Shown in pieces: positions 60,801 to 64,000 of a stretch of 64,000 bases of DNA. The notes under the pieces were generated by a model, which made no database searches, was not told where the DNA came from, and saw nothing but the letters and a program-made list of their open reading frames with translations. Source of the stretch: a virus. The stretch lies in the IMG/VR virus record IMGVR_UViG_3300030060_005695; one strand, written 5' to 3'. Each line of letters begins with the position of its first letter. The stretch's first letter is position 1. A program made the translations under genes and the position numbers.

Positions 60801-61097
60801 GATAAAAGATGGAAAGAAAATATCCAACCAATAGAAAACGCTCTGGATAAAGTTTCTCAAATAAGTGGGGTAGAATTTGATTGGAAAAAATTAACTAAAG
60901 AAGAAAGGAAAACACAACATGGTAATGAAGGACATGATATCGGAGTTATAGCACAAGAAATAGAAAAAGTTTTACCTGAGATAGTAACCACAAGAGAAAA
61001 TGGGTATAAAGGTGTGAGGTATGAAAAAATAGTTCCACTATTGATTGAATCAATTAAAGAACTAAAAGCCGAAATCGAAGAATTAAAGAATAAGTAA
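48849..61097 (+). CDS. Giant modular tail fibre with C-terminal peptidase S74 intramolecular chaperone
   Basis: G/T/S/D-rich with about 16 YW-anchored repeats; SDKRWKENI...IGVIAQEIE..LPE...VRYEKIVPLLIESIKEL; TATTTAT at 48822-48828. Confidence 0.88.
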   Translation: MSECLTLDYGGILEYYGDVWEPLCCYSVPTQTYDDFVSGLTEYYNNACIKDRVFSDYVTKLYNNCLSGSSGGGTGGTGVYVTGGTANGANSTLNFTNSTGGTFTVTNSALLFNDAFVTGGTLNQATGVVTFTNSSGGTFTVSGFDDFASYWSGSSDGTSITTSGSNTTTNVNLPGLLGVTGDTTINGDLFVTEYIKHKGDVNTAIRFTNNKISFDAGGMTFFAVHDDDSAPFTATVNGGGNTINFRALDENQDILLKTDSEENKVNLYHAGNQKLETTSTGINISGSTLNQGNLGVSGITYSNVVSANTQHIASTLGISGKTYLGSVDTATATASDKILVVQSTGEIESITTAALTAFTSDYWVGNGSGTGIKPSGTTTNVDVTGVLGVTGNSTFGGSILVGDGSVSANYAGFGNNADLKIFHNGSHSIIRETGTGSLYLQSDNNVIISKDSSTELMVKGIADGAVELYYDNVKKFETTSAGVNVSGNTLIKNELGVSGRTYLGTIDAAGDSYSANQILVAQGDGEVEYLTTAQLKADIADADYWTGNTDGTSITPSGGTTNTDIKLNGGLTAQTLNISGNTSLGDNDKIMLGADNDLEVYANSSGGRIAVGSSTLQVEGNTLDFTDGSATSYLFRGVASGAVSLYHSGTKKFETTSSGINVSGNTLVKNELGVSGKTYLGTIDAAGGSYSADKILVAQGDGEIEYLTTAELKADIGDNDYWTGNTDGTSITPSGGTTNTDIKLNGGLTAQTLNISGNTILVDDAKLMLGDANDLQIYHDGSNSIIQDNGTGHVQVRSGTFTILNAAGSKTSAIFNSGSEQAFYYDNVQKLETTSTGINISGSTLNQGNLGVTGVTYSNVVSANTQHIASTLGVSGKTFLGSVDTATATASDKILVVQSTGEIESITTGALTAFTSDYWIGNGSGTGIKPSGGTVNVDVTGQLGVSGDTTINGNLYVSQYIKHNGDPNTYLEFYDDRLLFNIGGISYLDLNDASSAPHDIIFNNGNNDVDLTIKGGSSTILFTDASTHRVGIGTETPTVKLDVNGDVKISGDTSIKTNLGVTGVTYSNIVSANTQHIASTLGISGRTFLGTVDAASPTPTSTDKILVVQSTGEIESITKAQLTGFTENYWSSNTDSLSISPSGSTNILLSGGSGTGYPLTIDREDNGHFLKFHSNSNPHQDYTFESESSGSFYGLNLKNKDGDTIVNFAANQMFGVGTINPTVAVDIDSGLSGADAVQVRIAGRTGIGHTNAGQQRSIFGNSYGHDDTRMGFVIGGYTTADEKITVMGTGDVGIGTADAASGIRARLHVSGSTILTDSLGVSGNTNINGVLSGVTDARFGGNLGVSGRTFLGTVDTATATASDKILVVQSTGEIESITTGALTAFTSDYWVGNGSGTGIKPSGTTTNVDVTGILGVSGKTFLTGLVGVGTTTPDSLLEISSSDGSTTDYLKLTSANSGNNPIKLIFEKSGSEQGIIEYNRNGDLEIYNNDGDGGVMIDGSASAGGDLYVANSGNVGVKTTNPSVELDVNGSVKITGNTLNQGNLGVTGVTYSNIVSANTQHIASTLGVSGRTYLGTIDAAGGSYSADKILVAQSNGEVEYLTTAELKADIGDNDYWTGNTDGTSITPSGGTTNTDIKLNGGLTAQTLNISGDTILGDDDKIMLGDANDLQIFHNGSHSIIKDVGTGHLSLQGNDLRLNNADWSANYLTAANGGEVAIFHNNSLKLETTSSGLNVSGNTLVKNELGVSGRTYLGTIDAAGGSYSADKILVAQGDGEVEYLTTAQLKADIGDNDYWVGNGSGTGVKPSGTTTNVDVTGVLGVSGKTNITGDLDVDGTSNLDAVDIDGNVQLDGTLTVGVDDTGHDVKFYGATTSRFLHWDESEDYLLFRDNVKGVFGNGADLKLYHDSNNSYIENGTGALYIMQRADGADMSFQCDAGDGTDAEYFRLDGGDVKTIFSKPIQVGVDDTGYDVKFFGDTASSYMLWDTSEDRLEVGSDTSPKIRLNRSGTGQVWQQEIDSSGRFQLKEAASAGGTLYVRLQIDDTGEVDLYNTLTVGGGDVIISGDTFNKGDLGVTGITYSNTVSAHTQHIASTLGISGRTYLGTIDAAGDSYSNDKILVAQSNGEVEYLTTAELKADIGDNDYWQGNGSGTGIKPSGTTTNVDVTGVLGVTGKTFISGDVGIGTTTPATNLEIKSTSDTTVRISTDGDSGDVPTLQLYRNGAAYSQFHYEAGGGANSGLHITDFRDDANSHIIFNTRGDNERVRIESDGKVGIGTSTPTAKLDIDGDVKISGDTSIKTNLGVTGNTYVKGNTFIDGTLSAMGNTTLSGTLDLNSVAAITPTPTSTEVILVKDTSGVVKSITKAQLTGITEGLYWEEDGTGTGIKPSGATTNIKLGGGLTAQTLNISGNTILGDNDKIMLGADNDLEIYSDSTNGRIAAGSGVLQIEADTLDFTDGAATEYYIRCVANGSVSLYHDANKKFETTVAGINVSGNTLVKNELGVSGKTYLGDIGAAGDGYSADKILVAQGDGEVEYLTTAQLKADIGDNDYWQGNGSGTGIKPSGTTTNVDVTGQLGVSGDTTISGDLLVAEYIKHAGDSDTFIQFADDSIGINAGNEQLITISESPTFVKIGDGGDVDFQVRTNSDDNTLYVEGSTDNVGIGTNTPTVKLDVNGSVRITGDTFTKGNLGVTGNTYVKGNTYIDGTLSAMGNTTITGDLDVDGTSNLDNTDIDGTLVVDGTNISLDSTSTLNIDNSNTTNGITIGTATSAVPISIGHTTSETTINDNLTVTGTLDLDSVAAITPTPTSTEVILVKDSSGVVKSITKAQLTGVTEGLYWVEDGTGTGIKPSGTTTNIKLGAGLTAQTLNISGNTILGDDDKIMLGDANDLKIYHDGTDNHIESTGDLNIDTTGSGDIILDAVGEIKFETADGDIRGDASNYFFSSSVSGRPRLYLLNTNTDANGAEFVFDKTSVAGADGDDIGKIKWDAEDDSGTGPHTYGQILGEIAEAASGQAGGKLSLQIASHDGDLENGLILQEGNVDGEVDVTVGNGANSITTISGNLKVTGDTFTKGNVGVTGNTYVKGNTYIDGTLSAMGNTTLSGTLDLNSVAAITPTPTSTEVILVKDSSGVVKSITKAQLTGITEGLYWVEDGVGTGIKPSGATTNITIAGDIYANGNIDGDGSTNITDINQLEVSTIYGYNGDTDTKITFTDDDINLTVAGKTAIDLTWDGGGGSDIREITFNEGQEDFDVRMEGNTDDYLFFLDAGNDKIAIGTDTVSSSLLTVDGSIQAGSAGFIVGNATLTSAELDISSGNFTLDVEGDITLDANGADIILSDNGTDFGRFKRDSSHFIIKAEDNNKDIIFRGQDAASTIDALLLDMSEAGSATFNRDVNVSGVTSGRTDARFGGDLSVTGRTFLGTVDTATATASDKILVVQSNGEIESITTAALTGFTSDYWVGNGTGTGIKPSGTTTNVDVIGQLGVSGETLFNGKVTGNGDFKIENLIVFETGSTSANTYIGYQAGNPGQNTTQHQYNTAIGYQALYSQEGGQDVDENTAIGYKSLYSLTTGEWNTAIGTNTLRYITTQNGNTAIGKSAMGNSVATSGQYNVVVGYLAGYNVKGTGNLFFGIGTGAGNNGGSNTGGDNVGMGNYSVGGGSSAGVGTLTSGDRNLGVGSNALGTLTSGNDNIGIGSQAGDAITSGDFNIVIGPGQDVPSATGDYQMNIGGIIHGKDLQMSTGEIQISGNTILTNDLGVSGDTNINGTLSAMGNTTIGGTLDLDSVATTTPTPTSAERILVKQTSGVVESITKAQLTGLTDFSSVATYWQGNGSGTGIKPSGTTTNVDVTGVLGVSGKTNIDGVLNLEGGTSGAAPTPQLRFGPYTDSSGGPSVSHIDLYGGLYGFGVTSADLDYITDRNHKFYSDGTTSAAVTINPDTFYDGIMGINTEIPAFDLDVFGDIRISGGSIGVNINPSATDGRIDASNDVVAYSSSDKRWKENIQPIENALDKVSQISGVEFDWKKLTKEERKTQHGNEGHDIGVIAQEIEKVLPEIVTTRENGYKGVRYEKIVPLLIESIKELKAEIEELKNK

Positions 61098-61099
61098 GT

Positions 61100-62767
61100 A
61101 TGGGTTCTACTACAATAAAAGGGGTACACGATAACCTCCAGACTTTTATTTCAGGAACTAGTGCATTAGACACAAATATTAGTCTAGCTACTATGGCAGA
61201 TTTAACTGGTATGGAAGCTGCTATTCCCAGTTCTACAATTACGGGTGGTGGTGATGATTTAAGTTTAAATAACTTTGAAATCTTAGGAACTAACGCTGTA
61301 GGTAATACTACTGGGTACTATAAATATATGAAAAACGGTGCAGCTTTAGGAGATTTCTCCAATATGTTTTTTATTAGTGTTGCTGGAACTTATAAATTTA
61401 GAGCTTTTAAAAATTCTACAACCATTTACAAAAATGGTTCATCTTTAGCAACCATAACTACTGCGATGTCTTCTACTACTGCTAGTTTAGCGGTGGGTGA
61501 TAGAATTGAAGGTAATAAACCTTTTATGTTAAATAGTACTAGTTATCCAGCATTAACTGGTGCATACGCTGGATTCGCAGGATATACTTTTGCGACAAGA
61601 GTCGACAGAAACGCACTAATGGGATTACTAATAATATCTCTAGAAGCCTCCAACTCAATACAAGTAGCTTATACTACAGTCGGTAATTCTGAGGTAACAA
61701 GTCTAACTGTTGAACAAACTTTTAATAGTGTAACACAGTATAGTGCGGTTACCTGTAATTTAAGTCAAACTAGAAATTATTTTATATACGCCACTAAACC
61801 AATATGTGTTTATAGAATGAGAGCTTCTTTAGATAGTATGCCTTTATACCCTATGACTTCCGAACCTAAATTCGGATGGTACTCAACCAACGGACATATT
61901 TTAATGACTAATAACGCTACAGCAAATAGAGCTGGAACTACAACTCAAAGAAAAATTCTAATAGGAAATTCTAATGGTGTATTAACAACCGAGGTAAATA
62001 CCACCCCAGCAGCAGTGTCAGTAAGAATTGATACAGACATTAGTACCACAGCTAAAGGAGGGCATAGGTTTTTAGGTCCAGGAGTAAAAACCTTTTCAGA
62101 CCCTAATGATGGGGGTACAGCTGACCCTATGCAATTATTTGCTTGTGAACAACAAGCGGACGGTGATGGTTCAGAGATGTCACCACATGTTGCATATGGA
62201 GCAATGCAAAAATTTACAGTAATGCCAGACGCAACATCAAATTATATAGCATTCATAGCTAAATCTCCTGGAAGTATATCACGTTATGACTCAAACGGTT
62301 GTTTACATGGGACACAAACATTTACAGGTTCATCCACCTATACTGTTTATACAACAAGATTTACAACTGCTATTGAAGGTGATTTCTTTTCAGCAAACAC
62401 AGAGTGTTTTGGGTTTACAGACTTAAATGCATCACAAGATGATGAAACACTTTTATTTATGGGTGACTCTATTGATGCACCAACCTGTGGTACAGGAGGA
62501 ACTGACTGTAATGTGATTAATTTAGCATATGCTGGTACTGCCGGTTGTGAGAGAGCGTGTTCACTGGACTGTCAGGAATTTTATACGGATGCACCAGCAG
62601 GTGATGTCCCATCGACAGGTCATCATATTTATGATAACGGGTCTTGTGAATGTGAAGGTGGTGAGGGTACCGTTTACTACTCAAATAAATGTGGTATGAG
62701 AAGCGGTCAATGTTTTACTGTTAGGCAAGTAAATTGTTCAATAATAGAAATAACAGATTGTGAATAG
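61100..62767 (+). CDS. Putative tail-associated protein with Cys-rich C-terminus
   Basis: Starts 2 nt after the fibre gene; T/S/G-rich. Confidence 0.6.
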   Translation: MGSTTIKGVHDNLQTFISGTSALDTNISLATMADLTGMEAAIPSSTITGGGDDLSLNNFEILGTNAVGNTTGYYKYMKNGAALGDFSNMFFISVAGTYKFRAFKNSTTIYKNGSSLATITTAMSSTTASLAVGDRIEGNKPFMLNSTSYPALTGAYAGFAGYTFATRVDRNALMGLLIISLEASNSIQVAYTTVGNSEVTSLTVEQTFNSVTQYSAVTCNLSQTRNYFIYATKPICVYRMRASLDSMPLYPMTSEPKFGWYSTNGHILMTNNATANRAGTTTQRKILIGNSNGVLTTEVNTTPAAVSVRIDTDISTTAKGGHRFLGPGVKTFSDPNDGGTADPMQLFACEQQADGDGSEMSPHVAYGAMQKFTVMPDATSNYIAFIAKSPGSISRYDSNGCLHGTQTFTGSSTYTVYTTRFTTAIEGDFFSANTECFGFTDLNASQDDETLLFMGDSIDAPTCGTGGTDCNVINLAYAGTAGCERACSLDCQEFYTDAPAGDVPSTGHHIYDNGSCECEGGEGTVYYSNKCGMRSGQCFTVRQVNCSIIEITDCE

Positions 62768-63307
62768 ATGGGTAATTATATATTTTTAGAGGATAGAATA
62801 TTAGATGAAACAGGTGCAGAAGTAATGATGTCCTGGGAAACTCCTATGATGAAAAAACATGCAGAAATTGTTACAGAAAATGGAGGTGACATTTTAGAGA
62901 TAGGATTTGGAATGGGTATATGTTCTAATTTTATACAAAAACATAATGTAAAATCCCACACGATAATAGAGATTCACAACCAAGTATTTGAAAAACTTTT
63001 AGAATGGGCAGAAGATAAACCAAATGTAATACCCATTAAAGGAGATTGGTTAGATTCTATACCTAATAAACAATATGATGGTATTATGTACGATACTTGG
63101 AAAGATAACAGGGTTGGAACATTCAAAAAACTAATAACCCAACATACTAAAACAGGAACAATATTTACATTCTATAACTCCTATCAAAAAGAGATAAATG
63201 GGTTTAATTATAAAGCTGAATATACTATATTAAATGTAGAACCAGAGTCACAAAATAAAAATTACTTCTCATCCAAAAAATACTATTTACCTAAAGTTGT
63301 TTTTTAA
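62768..63307 (+). CDS. Class I SAM-dependent methyltransferase, RMT2/GAMT-like
   Basis: VMMSWETPMM, ILEIGFGMGI, HTIIE, GDW, YDGIMYDTW. Confidence 0.85.
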   Translation: MGNYIFLEDRILDETGAEVMMSWETPMMKKHAEIVTENGGDILEIGFGMGICSNFIQKHNVKSHTIIEIHNQVFEKLLEWAEDKPNVIPIKGDWLDSIPNKQYDGIMYDTWKDNRVGTFKKLITQHTKTGTIFTFYNSYQKEINGFNYKAEYTILNVEPESQNKNYFSSKKYYLPKVVF

Positions 63308-63320
63308 ATATAATTGTTAT

Positions 63321-63581
63321 ATGAATAAAACAAAACTTACAATTGATGAAATAGCAGAGATAAATCCTGAAGCTATGATGGCTGATGGGTTCGATGAAGC
63401 AATATTAGGGATGTGTATTCAGTTTGGTACAGAACCTATTGTGGCTTATGATTATGAAAAATGTCTAAATATACTCATGGAAAGAGACGACCTCACTAGG
63501 ACTGACGCAATTGATTTTATGGAGTTTAATGTGATAGGTTCATATGTTGGTTTACATACTCCAGTTTTTATAATGATATGA
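63321..63581 (+). CDS. Hypothetical phage protein
   Basis: DGFDEAILG...AYDYEKC...EFNVIGSYVG..TP. Confidence 0.65.
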   Translation: MNKTKLTIDEIAEINPEAMMADGFDEAILGMCIQFGTEPIVAYDYEKCLNILMERDDLTRTDAIDFMEFNVIGSYVGLHTPVFIMI

Positions 63582-63850
63582 ACCAGATAACTGAGAAACA
63601 GTTAAGAAAAATACGACACTTATTATTTGAAGCAATGGATAAAAAAATAATAGAGTTTTCATACAACAAAGACGTAAAAGAAATACAGGACCATACACTC
63701 GTAAATGATGTGGTAAAATATGTAGGTTTAGAACCTACCTCCGACCTTACTAAACAATTGAAAGCCGAGTACAAAACTTGGAAACAACAAATGAATAGTA
63801 ACGTAAAAGAATTAAGAGACCACGAAAAAAATTCCAATACAAACATATAG
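63578..63850 (+). CDS. Hypothetical protein
   Basis: ORF. Confidence 0.55.
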   Translation: MNQITEKQLRKIRHLLFEAMDKKIIEFSYNKDVKEIQDHTLVNDVVKYVGLEPTSDLTKQLKAEYKTWKQQMNSNVKELRDHEKNSNTNI

Positions 63851-63892
63851 GTATCATTTCTAATTAAAGGATATTTATTTTAAAAGATATTT

Positions 63893-64000
63893 ATGCGAAA
63901 TTTTTTATTAACCCTGTTTACTTTCTTGACCTTTGGTTCTTTTGCACAGACTGATAGTTGGATAAAGATAGATGTACAACTAGATAATTGGCCTGAAGAA
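63893..64000 (+). CDS. Secreted protein, 3'-truncated by the window edge
   Basis: MRNFLLTLFTFLTFGSFA-Q signal peptide; TATTTAT at 63872-63878. Confidence 0.6.
   Translation, partial: MRNFLLTLFTFLTFGSFAQTDSWIKIDVQLDNWPEE

Noticed and set aside
48849-61097. Repeats as a CRISPR array or DGR template/variable pair
   Set aside because: The repeats are in-frame protein modules with mostly synonymous differences; no adenine-specific pattern, reverse transcriptase or repeat-spacer periodicity was seen.
1-64000. Stop-codon reassignment as seen in some jumbo phages
   Set aside because: Recognisable genes are full length in code 11, and TAG and TGA act as real stops (dnaJ, glnII and the ligase end in TAG).
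1-64000. Bacterial chromosome or eukaryotic giant-virus origin
   Set aside because: Housekeeping-like genes are isolated among short hypothetical genes with no host operons. Sigma-70, bS21 and an S74-bearing fibre point to a tailed bacteriophage.

Overview
This very AT-rich, densely coding 64-kb window is most consistent with part of a huge (jumbo) tailed phage infecting Bacteroidota, probably Flavobacteriia. Phage-type genes include an SbcC/gp46-like ATPase, ATP-dependent DNA ligase, UvsE, DUF3310, DUF932, PcfJ-like proteins and a 4082-aa modular tail fibre ending in a peptidase-S74 chaperone. Host-like genes include a Bacteroidota-type sigma-70, bS21, ClpP, DnaJ, cyclophilin, CysK, GlnII, DeoC, Hc1-like protein and glutaredoxins. 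Host evidence: TTG-N19/20-TAnnTTTG promoters, no obvious Shine-Dalgarno motifs, Gln after signal-peptide cleavage sites and T9SS C-terminal domains. Best leads: (1) a putative virion-cargo addressing system, in which genes behind a TATTTAT motif encode unrelated enzymes fused to a short N-terminal helix ending in [LI]-x-E, like T4 capsid-targeting/prohead-protease sites; (2) a tagged two-gene deoxyC + nucleoside-deoxyribosyltransferase-like operon; (3) a DUF2828 (vWA, possibly Ro60/TROVE-like) gene followed by two structured non-coding elements sharing a CNGCAA motif (one pseudoknotted), with a degenerate tRNA-Gly upstream; (4) a four-gene phage cassette of secreted proteins, two with T9SS-type CTDs; (5) an orphan ~97-nt ncRNA with its own promoter. 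All calls come from motif recognition by eye; no database searches were run.
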